The translations under genes were made by a program, and so were the position numbers. From Bacillota bacterium (GTDB lineage: Bacteria > Bacillota > Negativicutes > CTSoil-072), in assembly GCA_017889545.1 (NCBI GenBank), contig JAGFZV010000007.1, positions 82,435 to 146,434 on the forward strand: a DNA stretch of 64,000 nt, written 5' to 3'. The notes below the pieces were generated by a model, which worked only from the letters and a program-made list of their open reading frames with translations, was not told the origin of the DNA and did not search any database. Of the stretch, positions 49,168 through 58,102 are shown in pieces. The stretch's first letter is position 1, and each line of letters opens with the position of its first letter.

Positions 49168-50535
49168 ATGACCATTGTTAAGAAACCTGTTAAAATTGTA
49201 GAAACTGTTCTTCGGGACGGACACCAATCACTAGCCGCAACTAGAATGAGAACATCAGATATGATCCCAATGCTGGAACAACTTGATGAAGCAGGTTTCT
49301 TCGCCTTGGAAGCCTGGGGCGGCGCAACGTTTGACAGTTGCCTGCGTTTTTTAAACGAGGACCCCTGGGAACGTCTCCGTACCTTGAAAAAACATTTAAA
49401 GAAAACACCCATTCAGATGCTGCTGCGCGGTCAGAACGTGTTAGGTTACAATCACTATGCCGACGATGTTGTAAAAGAGTTCGTCAAACGGGCCGTTGGC
49501 AACGGGATTGGTGTGATCCGTATTTTTGATGCCTTAAATGATCCCCGTAACCTGGAAGTTGCCATGCATGCCGCAAAAGAATCCGGAGCTCATGTTCAGG
49601 GCTGTTTCGTCTACACGATTAGCCCCTATCATACAACGGAATCTTATATTACCTTGGCAAAGGAACTGGTTCAACGCGGTGCTGATTCAATCTGCATAAA
49701 AGATATGGCCGGGCTTTTGACCCCATATGCAGGGTACGACTTAATCAAAGCATTGAAACAAGAAATTGCGGTCCCGCTAGACCTTCATACGCATTACACC
49801 AGTGGGTTGGCATCCATGACCTACTTAAAAGCGATTGAAGCCGGCGTCGATATTGTTGATTGTGCGCTTTCCCCATTTTCCATGGGTTCTTCGCAACCAG
49901 CCACAGAAACAATGATTGCGGCGTTAAAAGGTACTCCATATGACACCGGTATCAATAATGATATTTTATTGCCAATTGCTGATTATTTCCGCGAAATCAA
50001 AAAGAATTTGACGGCTAGCTTCAATCTTACCAACGATATTAATGTCGATACCCGGGTGCTGACATCACAAATCCCCGGCGGAATGATGTCTAACCTGCTC
50101 AATCAACTAAAAGAACAAGGCATGGCTGATAAATTTAACGAATTATCCACAGAAATGCCGCGTGTCCGGGCCGAACTCGGCTATCCGCCCCTAGTTACTC
50201 CTACCAGCCAAATTGTCGGATCAATGGCTGCTTTTAATGTAATTCTTGGGCAGCGTTATAAAGTTGTTCCCCGTGAAGTGAAGGATTTGGCACGAGGCAA
50301 GTATGGCCGGACGCCGGTTCCCGTAGATCCGGAATTTCTCAAATCGATTATTGGCGATGAACAAGTGATTACGAGCAGACCGGCAGATCATATTCCGCCT
50401 CAGTTGGAAAGTTTGAAACAACAGTTAGCTGAAAATGGTTATCCGAACGCATCAATCGAGGATGTTCTGAGTTATGCATCCTTCCCCGAAGTTGCTTTGA
50501 ATTTTTTCCGTGAAAACCGAACCGTTTGTATGTGA
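49168..50535 (+). CDS. Carboxyltransferase 5S-type subunit (oxaloacetate decarboxylase alpha / pyruvate carboxylase B family) lacking a biotinyl domain
   Basis: 455 aa. N-terminal TIM barrel VETVLRDGHQS...DMAG. No C-terminal AMKM biotin attachment motif. Promoter TTGCAT-17-TACAAT upstream. Confidence 0.75.
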   Translation: MTIVKKPVKIVETVLRDGHQSLAATRMRTSDMIPMLEQLDEAGFFALEAWGGATFDSCLRFLNEDPWERLRTLKKHLKKTPIQMLLRGQNVLGYNHYADDVVKEFVKRAVGNGIGVIRIFDALNDPRNLEVAMHAAKESGAHVQGCFVYTISPYHTTESYITLAKELVQRGADSICIKDMAGLLTPYAGYDLIKALKQEIAVPLDLHTHYTSGLASMTYLKAIEAGVDIVDCALSPFSMGSSQPATETMIAALKGTPYDTGINNDILLPIADYFREIKKNLTASFNLTNDINVDTRVLTSQIPGGMMSNLLNQLKEQGMADKFNELSTEMPRVRAELGYPPLVTPTSQIVGSMAAFNVILGQRYKVVPREVKDLARGKYGRTPVPVDPEFLKSIIGDEQVITSRPADHIPPQLESLKQQLAENGYPNASIEDVLSYASFPEVALNFFRENRTVCM

Positions 50536-50540
50536 GCATG

Positions 50541-50592
50541 CAAAAAAAGATCCGTTGCCCCGTTTATTGGGCAACGGATCTTTTTTTTGTTT
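50541..50592. terminator. Bidirectional rho-independent terminator
   Basis: aagatccgttgccc...gggcaacggatctt, a 14-bp stem with an A7 run before and T9 after. Confidence 0.85.
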
Positions 50593-52287
50593 TTACCGAT
50601 AAAAGCATGACATGCCGATAAACTCTTTAAGAATGGAGTTTGGCGGCACATCCATGTCGTCGATGGAATGGAAATATTCCAGGAAATCCAGCAGTCGCTT
50701 TGCTTCAACATATTCCGGCTGGGTTACCCCCACTTTTTCCAATAATGGTTCCGCGTATTTTTTTAAAACGCCTAATTCATAAATCAACGCGGAATTAAAC
50801 ATCACATCCACTTCTTCCTGAAAAGGAAAAATGTTACGTTCTTCCCCCCGGCGTACCGAAGGCCAAATTTGCAATGTTTTGAGTGCATCATGAGACCGGA
50901 ACTGACTATCCCGAACAATGCGGCGAATCAAACGGGCATCTGTCGTCGATATTCGATTATGCGGATCAATCGATAATTGTGTCAACGGACTAATGTAAAT
51001 TTTAATCTTATTATCCCTCGCTACGGCTGACGTTAACCGTTCATTCAAGCCATGGATCCCCTCGATCAGCAACGGCTGGGTTTTGTCAACCTGGATGCTC
51101 TTACCATTATATTCCTGCTGTCCGGTAACAAAATTATACGAAGGAATTTGAACCTTTTCACCGTTGAGCAATCGGGTTAGGTGATCGTTAAATAACGATA
51201 AATCAATGGCTTCAATCGACTCAAAATCAGGTTTACCAAACTCATCACGCGGTGTATAACGCCGATCTACAAAATAATCATCAAGTGAAATAGGCACTGG
51301 CCGCAAAGCATTGACCCTGAGCTGAACATTCAAGCGTTGAGCAAACGTCGTTTTTCCGGATGACGACGGTCCTGCAATCATTACCAGCCGCACATCGCAG
51401 GCATGCTGTGTTATAAAATCCGCCAATTGGGCAACCTTTTTTTCATGCAACGCTTCTGCCACACGAATAATATCACTGAAATCCCCTGATTTGATCTTAT
51501 TATTCAAAGTCGCAACATAGGGACATTCAAGAATTTTTCCCCATCGCTCCGCTTCACGAAATACTTTGGCTAATTTCGGACGCTCTACAAAATCAGGCAA
51601 CACTCCAGGCTGTTCTTTTTCCGGAAACATCAGGACAAGTCCCGGCGCATAAAAATGTAATCCGAAAGTCGTTAAGTACCCGGTTGATGGTACCATAGTG
51701 CCGTAAAAATAATCGTATAATTCACCACAATAATAAATGCTAACCTTCTGCCGTTTCAGTTGCCGAAGCAGGCGAACTTTTTCCTCATTTCCCGAAGCCT
51801 CGAACAATTGTATCGCCGTAGCAGTAGACACAACCTTACGCTCAATCGGACGGTCTTGCTCTACAATCAGTCTCATGCGTTTTTCGATTGCTGAGACTTC
51901 TTCCGCTGACAAGGGAGCCGATTTATTGACTTCGCAATATAACCCCTTGCTGATGGAATGCTCCACAATCACCTCGCCATCCGGAAATAATTCCCGAACC
52001 GCCGCAATGAGCACAAAAGACAAACTGCGTTGATAAACCTTGCTGCCTGCATCCGTTGTCAAATCCAAAAAGTCAATTGAACAATTCTTTTCCAGGACAC
52101 TCGACAAATCCTTAATATCATTTTCGACTCTGACAGCAACAATTGGCGTAGCATAATCTTTCGCTAACTGACGGCTCACTTCCAATAACGTTGTACCACG
52201 TTCAACTGGCAAAGTTCGGCCATCAGAAAATTCAAGGGTGATTTTTTCCTGCATAGACAAGCCTCCTGCTGCTATATCAGCCTTCAA
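50593..52287 (-). CDS. Uridine-kinase-family nucleoside kinase fused to an N-terminal TGS/ThrRS-N-like domain
   Basis: 564 aa. C-terminal P-loop kinase IAGPSSSGKTTFAQRL with UDK-like layout. N-terminal 250 aa resemble the TGS plus second-additional domains of ThrRS. Confidence 0.65.
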   Translation of the reverse strand: MKADIAAGGLSMQEKITLEFSDGRTLPVERGTTLLEVSRQLAKDYATPIVAVRVENDIKDLSSVLEKNCSIDFLDLTTDAGSKVYQRSLSFVLIAAVRELFPDGEVIVEHSISKGLYCEVNKSAPLSAEEVSAIEKRMRLIVEQDRPIERKVVSTATAIQLFEASGNEEKVRLLRQLKRQKVSIYYCGELYDYFYGTMVPSTGYLTTFGLHFYAPGLVLMFPEKEQPGVLPDFVERPKLAKVFREAERWGKILECPYVATLNNKIKSGDFSDIIRVAEALHEKKVAQLADFITQHACDVRLVMIAGPSSSGKTTFAQRLNVQLRVNALRPVPISLDDYFVDRRYTPRDEFGKPDFESIEAIDLSLFNDHLTRLLNGEKVQIPSYNFVTGQQEYNGKSIQVDKTQPLLIEGIHGLNERLTSAVARDNKIKIYISPLTQLSIDPHNRISTTDARLIRRIVRDSQFRSHDALKTLQIWPSVRRGEERNIFPFQEEVDVMFNSALIYELGVLKKYAEPLLEKVGVTQPEYVEAKRLLDFLEYFHSIDDMDVPPNSILKEFIGMSCFYR

Positions 52288-53524
52288 CTGCGGCTATCGC
52301 TCTGGCAAATTTGGCTGCCATTCCTTTCATTTTGCGACAAGGTACTGCGCAGACGGCAATCCGGATCCCCTTATCCAAGGGAACTGCAAAAACATTCTCC
52401 TTCTTCAATTCTTCGCAAACTTCAACAGGATGCTGAACCGGCACCGAAAGGAAAAAGCCGGCAATATAAGGAAGTATTTTTAAGTTTATTTCTTTCGCTT
52501 CTTGTATGAAAATATCAGCGCGGGCACGTATTGTTCGAACATATTCTTCTCGCTCTTTTTCGACCTGAGCAAGAAGCTCCTTATCATTATAAATAATGCC
52601 TAATGTCTTCATACAGGCACGGCTGATGTTTGACCAAGTTGCCCGGTTTGTATATTGATTGATGTTAACAAATTCTGTGATCACATCCTCGCTGGAAGAG
52701 ATCCCGATCATGGCGCCGGTGCGCTGTCCATACATCGTAAAACCTTTGGACATGCTGAAGGCTACAATGGTCAGAATATTGTCCGGCAACCCGCCAAATT
52801 GTTTGAAAAATGACCGGCTGGCATTTTTTTCGCCGGCATAGTCCAAATACGCGGCATCTACCAAAAGAATAATCTTCTTGGTTTCGTCCTTCGCTTCTTC
52901 CTTCAATACAGCAAGCACATTAGTCCATTCACTATCTGTCAAACTGTAGCCGGTAGGATTATGCGCCGGAGCATTGATGATGATCAATAGATTATTTTGC
53001 TTTGCCAGCAGCGCCTTCACTTTTTCACTAAAATTCTTACTGTTGAAATGTTGTTCTTCATCAAATAAAGTATACGTGTCAATTTTGCGTAATGCATCTG
53101 TACACATTGTTTCGTACGGATCCCAGTACCAATCTGAAGTCAATACCGTATCCCCAAGTTCTGTATAGTTCCATATCGCATGGTGAAGTACACCCGAGCC
53201 TCCAGGAGTTGCAATAGCCTCAATATAAGCGTCGGGCTTATGGTCTGAAAAAGTAAGAGCGATGACCGCTTCCAAAAATTCCGGCAAACCGGCAATCGGA
53301 GCATAACCGACGATATCATTGGCCGGCAAAGTGCGAAATACCTTTTCCACTGTTGGCAGACAGCCCAATTTTTCATCCTCAGTCAAAAAAGCGCCCAACG
53401 TCGCATTCGCAACAGCTTCATTGCCATATTGAGCCGCGGCTTTCACTGCCGCAGCGTTAGCTCCAAAAATTGTATCCGTGGCAGATTTTCCTTTTGCATG
53501 AGATGCAGCTACACTATGTATCAT
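52277..53524 (-). CDS. Class I/II (aspartate/aromatic) aminotransferase
   Basis: 415 aa. PLP-lysine motif SMSKGFTMYGQRTG. NPTG motif. Confidence 0.8.
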   Translation of the reverse strand: MIHSVAASHAKGKSATDTIFGANAAAVKAAAQYGNEAVANATLGAFLTEDEKLGCLPTVEKVFRTLPANDIVGYAPIAGLPEFLEAVIALTFSDHKPDAYIEAIATPGGSGVLHHAIWNYTELGDTVLTSDWYWDPYETMCTDALRKIDTYTLFDEEQHFNSKNFSEKVKALLAKQNNLLIIINAPAHNPTGYSLTDSEWTNVLAVLKEEAKDETKKIILLVDAAYLDYAGEKNASRSFFKQFGGLPDNILTIVAFSMSKGFTMYGQRTGAMIGISSSEDVITEFVNINQYTNRATWSNISRACMKTLGIIYNDKELLAQVEKEREEYVRTIRARADIFIQEAKEINLKILPYIAGFFLSVPVQHPVEVCEELKKENVFAVPLDKGIRIAVCAVPCRKMKGMAAKFARAIAAVEG

Positions 53525-53590
53525 TTGTTTTCCTCCCTAGTATTTCTCTTGAATATAAGTTTTCCATGAATTGCATAATAGCATTCTTCC

Positions 53591-54052
53591 TCAGGGATCC
53601 ACGTTTTCTTTCCCGCTTATCGAAACAATATCGATAGCAACCACACAACAACCTGCTGCCAATTCTTCCGTTACATTCGCAAAAGCTGAGTCGCCGGCAA
53701 TATGAGCGATTAAGCGGTTCAGCGCCATTACTTTCTCCGCTTCATCCGAAACAATCCTGGCTGTGCCAAAGACCAAGACAGAAGTGTATCGAGTAGCGCA
53801 AGCGCATGCTTTTGCTCCAAAAACGGTTTTTTCCGTGTGGCTTACTTCAAAACATATTTTTCTGTTTGCCGCAATATTCATTAACTTTTGTCCTTCATGC
53901 GCGCAATGAAAATATATCTTTCCATCTTGATAAGCGTAGTGAAGAGGAGTGATATATGGCTGTCCTTCTGCGCTGCAAGTCGCCAATCGGCCGGTATTGC
54001 CCTGTTGCAAATAATCAACTGACTGTTGCTGTGAAAGATATTTTTGCGGCAT
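53591..54052 (-). CDS. Pyridoxamine 5'-phosphate oxidase-family (NimA-like) flavin-binding protein
   Basis: Start MPQKYL. Split-barrel FMN-binding pattern. Promoter TTTACA-17-TAGTAT overlaps the palindrome ACAACGACGTTGT (about 54150-54170). Confidence 0.65.
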   Translation of the reverse strand: MPQKYLSQQQSVDYLQQGNTGRLATCSAEGQPYITPLHYAYQDGKIYFHCAHEGQKLMNIAANRKICFEVSHTEKTVFGAKACACATRYTSVLVFGTARIVSDEAEKVMALNRLIAHIAGDSAFANVTEELAAGCCVVAIDIVSISGKENVDP

Positions 54053-54207
54053 ATAAAAAACCTCCCTTAAATTAACGGAATATGTATATAATTCTCGATA
54101 AAACACAATAATCCTATGCATAACAACAAAAAAATTAGAAAATCAGGTTTATACTAAGTTTTGACAACGTCGTTGTAAACATCAGAAAACATTACCCTTT
54201 CTTATGG

Positions 54208-54238
54208 CCAAAAAACCGGCTTTAATTGCCGGTTTTTT
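54208..54238 (-). terminator. Rho-independent terminator of prfC, overlapping its stop codon
   Basis: AAAACCGGC-tttaatt-GCCGGTTTT followed by a T-run on the minus strand. Confidence 0.7.
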
Positions 54239-55841
54239 CTGGAGGTACAACCAAAAATGTAATTTTGGGATTATTATCTACAGCCCACCGAAGAGCCCAT
54301 TCATTTGTAAACAATGCTACCAATCGTTGTTTATTATCACTAACAAGCATTCCCCGGTCCAAACCCTTAATCGATTTGGCGTCAATTTTTTCTCCGTCCA
54401 TCCATCTTGCTAATTCAAACGGCAAAAAATTCATCAGTATATCTACACCATACTCGTTTTTCAGACGATATTCCAATACTTCGAACTGCAAATTTCCAAC
54501 GGTGCCGACAATCACTGTTTCAGCGCCCGCATCGGCCTGAAAAAACACTTGTATGGCTCCTTCCTGCGTCAACTGGGTAATCCCCTTAATAAATTGCTTC
54601 CGTTTCATAGTATCTTTAGGCTGAACGCGGGCAAACCGTTCCGGTGGGAAGACCGGAAAATCTTCAAACGTAAAAGTTTCTCCCGGCATGCAAAGTGTAT
54701 CACCGATCCCAAAAACGCCCGGATCAAATAATCCGACAATGTCTCCGGGATATGCCTCTTCTATAATAGTCCGGTCCTGAGCTAAAAATTGCTGTGGTTG
54801 AGTCAATTTCAACAATTTCCCCGACCGAATATGGTGTACAGTCATGCCACGTTCAAATTTTCCGGAACAAATTCGAATAAAAGCCAGCCGGTCACGATGC
54901 GCCGGGTTCATATTCGCTTGTATCTTGAAGACAAAGGCCGAAAATTTTTCGTTATCCGGTTCAATAAGTCCTTCGGATGACATACGCGGAGCAGGCGGCG
55001 GGGCAAGTCTAAGAAACTCTTCCAAGAAGGGACGAACGCCAAAATTTGTCATCGCGCTGCCAAAAAAAATGGGAGTCAGTTCACCACGCATCACTTTTTC
55101 CAAATCAAAATGGTCGCCCGCCATATCCAACAAGCTGATATCGTCACATAAAGCATTGTGAATATCTGCGCCGATAATTTCCGTAAAAACGGGATCATCG
55201 ACACTGCCCTTAACGGAAGGCAACGCTAATTGACCATGCGACCCATCTTTTTCAAATAATTCAATTTGAGCCAATTGACGATTATATACACCCTGATAAT
55301 CTCCTTCAACGCCGATCGGCCAATTCATAGGATAACTGTTAATTCCCAGTACTTTTTCAATCTCTTCCATCAACTCAAACGGGTTTTTCCCATGCCGGTC
55401 AAGCTTATTGACAAACGTAAAAATTGGTATATTCCGTTGCTTACAGACTTTGAACAGTTTCTTGGTCTGCGCTTCGACCCCTTTTGCTGCATCGATGAGC
55501 ATAACAGCACTATCGACAGCCATAAGAGTCCGGTACGTGTCTTCACTGAAATCCTGGTGACCGGGCGTATCCAGAATATTAATTTGAAAGCCGTCATAAG
55601 AAAATTGCAAAACACTGGACGTAACAGAAATACCGCGCTGTTTCTCGATTTCCATCCAATCGGACACAGCATGTTTTTGGGCTTTACGCGACTTTACCGA
55701 ACCGGCCAAATGAATGGCGCCACCGTACAACAGTAACTTTTCCGTCAGTGTCGTTTTTCCAGCGTCCGGGTGCGAAATAATAGCAAATGTCCTGCGCCGT
55801 TCAATCTCTTGCCGCAAGTCACATGATTTCATATCTGCCAT
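54222..55841 (-). CDS. prfC: Peptide chain release factor 3 (GTPase)
   Basis: 539 aa. AIISHPDAGKTTLTEKLL G1 motif, DTPGH, NKLD. RF3 length. Confidence 0.9.
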   Translation of the reverse strand: MADMKSCDLRQEIERRRTFAIISHPDAGKTTLTEKLLLYGGAIHLAGSVKSRKAQKHAVSDWMEIEKQRGISVTSSVLQFSYDGFQINILDTPGHQDFSEDTYRTLMAVDSAVMLIDAAKGVEAQTKKLFKVCKQRNIPIFTFVNKLDRHGKNPFELMEEIEKVLGINSYPMNWPIGVEGDYQGVYNRQLAQIELFEKDGSHGQLALPSVKGSVDDPVFTEIIGADIHNALCDDISLLDMAGDHFDLEKVMRGELTPIFFGSAMTNFGVRPFLEEFLRLAPPPAPRMSSEGLIEPDNEKFSAFVFKIQANMNPAHRDRLAFIRICSGKFERGMTVHHIRSGKLLKLTQPQQFLAQDRTIIEEAYPGDIVGLFDPGVFGIGDTLCMPGETFTFEDFPVFPPERFARVQPKDTMKRKQFIKGITQLTQEGAIQVFFQADAGAETVIVGTVGNLQFEVLEYRLKNEYGVDILMNFLPFELARWMDGEKIDAKSIKGLDRGMLVSDNKQRLVALFTNEWALRWAVDNNPKITFLVVPPEKTGN

Positions 55842-55952
55842 TCAACGTTCCTCCAGTAATCATAATTACAAAACATTCTATTCACTGCATCTAAAATGAT
55901 TAGATGATAAAATGGGCAAATTATATTGTAACACATTTCAGAACAAAAATCA

Positions 55953-55988
55953 CAAACAAAAAAGAGAGCCCGAAAAATGAGCTCTCCT
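55953..55988 (-). terminator. Rho-independent terminator after lysC
   Basis: GAGAGC-n11-GCTCTC followed by TTTTTTGTTTG on the minus strand. Confidence 0.6.
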
Positions 55989-56000
55989 TGCACTTTTTTG

Positions 56001-57224
56001 CTATCTTTGTTTAAAAAAGCGGTTGTGGATCGCAGTAACAGCATCTTTCGCCTGATCTTTGCGGACAAGACATGAGATACTAATTTCGGAAGTACTGATT
56101 ACTTCGATATTAATTCCGGCATCGCCCAATGCCCCAAACATTTCAGCTGCAATACCGGGATTACCGAACATGCCGGCGCCGACAGCAGAAACTTTGGCAA
56201 CATCTTCATCAAATTCCAAACCGATTACACCGATTTCCTGACCGATCTTAGCCATAATTTCTTTTACTTGATCTAAATCCGGCTTGGCGATTGTGAACAC
56301 GATATCATTAATTTTTTTATCAGAATTACGAATGCTTTGAACAATCATATCCACAGCAATATGATCAGCCGCCAAGGCCGAAAATACTTTATAAGCAATG
56401 CCGGGCTTATCCGGAACTCCCAAAACAGCGATTTTTACGACATTATTATCTTGCGCAACTCCCCGAATGATAAATTCTTTTTCTTCCATCGTGTATTCCT
56501 CCCTGATAATTGTTCCTGAAGCGCTGGAAAAAGTGGAACGAACATGTATTGGAACCTGATATCGTTTACCCATTTCCACTGACCGCGGCTGCATAACAAC
56601 CGCCCCTAGCCGGGCCATCTCCAGCATTTCGTTATATGTAATTTCCTTCATCCGCCTTGCGGATGGGACCACACGCGGATCTGCTGAATAAACGCCATCA
56701 ACGTCTGTAAATATTTCACATACATCCGCATTTAGAGCGCCGGCAATTGCGACCGCAGTAGTGTCGGATCCACCCCGTCCCAAGGTTGTAATATCGTTTG
56801 TATGAGCAATTCCTTGAAATCCAGCCACCACAACCACTCGACCCTTTGCTAACTCAGCTTCGACTCTTGCTGGACAAATATCTAAAATACTGGCTTTCGT
56901 ATGTGCGTCGGAAGTTTTTATTCCGGCCTGTGGACCCGTTAATGAAATTGCGTCGCGTCCTTTCGCTTGAAACGCCATCGCCAATAAAGCGATCGATATT
57001 TGCTCGCCTGTTGCCAACAACATATCCATTTCACGAGTATTCCGATTAGCGCTGATCGCATTAGCCAAATTCATCAATTCATCCGTAGTATCTCCCATAG
57101 CGGAAACCACGATAACCACTTTATCTTCCGGACTGGTCTCACGCAAAACCCGATCGGCTACTGCTTTTATTTTTTCCGGTGTCGCCACCGAACTGCCGCC
57201 AAACTTTTTGACAATCAGCATCAT
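56001..57224 (-). CDS. lysC: Aspartate kinase (monofunctional, with tandem C-terminal ACT domains)
   Basis: 407 aa. KFGGSSV N-terminus, TLGRGGSD motif, two ACT repeats. Confidence 0.9.
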   Translation of the reverse strand: MMLIVKKFGGSSVATPEKIKAVADRVLRETSPEDKVVIVVSAMGDTTDELMNLANAISANRNTREMDMLLATGEQISIALLAMAFQAKGRDAISLTGPQAGIKTSDAHTKASILDICPARVEAELAKGRVVVVAGFQGIAHTNDITTLGRGGSDTTAVAIAGALNADVCEIFTDVDGVYSADPRVVPSARRMKEITYNEMLEMARLGAVVMQPRSVEMGKRYQVPIHVRSTFSSASGTIIREEYTMEEKEFIIRGVAQDNNVVKIAVLGVPDKPGIAYKVFSALAADHIAVDMIVQSIRNSDKKINDIVFTIAKPDLDQVKEIMAKIGQEIGVIGLEFDEDVAKVSAVGAGMFGNPGIAAEMFGALGDAGINIEVISTSEISISCLVRKDQAKDAVTAIHNRFFKQR

Positions 57225-57306
57225 ATTATTCCCCCTTTTCTACTGCTTTCACTAATGGCAATGGCAATTATTATTCTCCACATAAATACATATTCCTTCT
57301 CCCACA

Positions 57307-57351
57307 GGACATAAAAGAAGTTCCGGCAGGGCCGGAACTTCTTTTATGTCC
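57307..57351. terminator. Long perfect hairpin (about 20-bp stem), probable bidirectional terminator
   Basis: ggacataaaagaagttccggc-agg-gccggaacttcttttatgtcc. The inner GC stem is followed by TTTTATGT. Confidence 0.6.
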
Positions 57352-57357
57352 TTAGTC

Positions 57358-57753
57358 CTAACTTTCTACTGCAATCACTTGCGAACTTTCCCACAACCCA
57401 TGAATATTGCAATATGAGGCAGCCAGCAACGTACCTGAAATTCCTATTTTTATCGTTGCTTCTGCAACTGGGTCAACATAAACAGGACCTTTATTTGCGC
57501 CTTCTGTTGATTCCCCGTGGACGTCAAAAGTAAATGCAGCAAGGTCAAACGCAAATTTCCCATTATCCGGCTTAAAAAACAGTTTAATCCAGCGAATATG
57601 ATGTTCCGTCGTGTTCGGATGTGCAATTTCTTTCCCTACAGACAGTTTGACAACAAACTTTTCTCCCGCTTTAACAGCAGCCGGAGCCTCAATAACCGGA
57701 ACATGTTTCTCCGCTTTCCAATCGGCAGTTTGCACTACATCCGCAAATTTCAC
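57358..57753 (-). CDS. Superoxide reductase (1Fe neelaredoxin / desulfoferrodoxin domain II type)
   Basis: 131 aa. EKHVPVIE...H...CNIHGLWES ligands of the [Fe(His)4Cys] centre. Confidence 0.75.
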   Translation of the reverse strand: MKFADVVQTADWKAEKHVPVIEAPAAVKAGEKFVVKLSVGKEIAHPNTTEHHIRWIKLFFKPDNGKFAFDLAAFTFDVHGESTEGANKGPVYVDPVAEATIKIGISGTLLAASYCNIHGLWESSQVIAVES

Positions 57754-57984
57754 TACATATTCCTCCCCTTACTTTGCATTTTAAAAACAGCTTATCACAA
57801 TATATTATTCAGGTCTCTTTTTGAAATTCCTGCTTACTTTCTTATTTTTCATATCTTGTATTCATTTGTCATTCATCAAACTCTCATGGAAACTGATTAA
57901 ATTTTAAAATATCGTATAACATTTTTTCCAATACCTGGACAATCATAACGTTTCATGGTAAACTAAAATATAGTATGCCTTTAA

Positions 57985-58071
57985 TTTAGTCCAGCGAGGC
58001 TAGCAAGGTGGATATAGGGTCAAACTGCAGACCTACGAATTGCCTCTTGCTCCGGTAAGAGGTTTTATTAT
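57985..58071 (+). promoter_or_regulatory. PyrR-binding attenuator leader upstream of the uracil permease gene
   Basis: TTTAGTCCAGCGAGGCTAGCAAGG (57986-58008) matches the PyrR binding-loop consensus (UCCAGAGAGGCU.GCAAGG). Followed by terminator CCTCTTgctccggtAAGAGG plus TTTTATTAT (58044-58072) just before the RBS. Confidence 0.75.
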
Positions 58072-58102
58072 GCCCCAAAACAACAATACAGGAGGTATCC
58101 CA

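Noticed and set aside
57225-57357. Possible lysine riboswitch upstream of lysC
   Set aside because: Only about 130 nt is available, mostly occupied by a terminator hairpin. No L-box conserved elements recognised.
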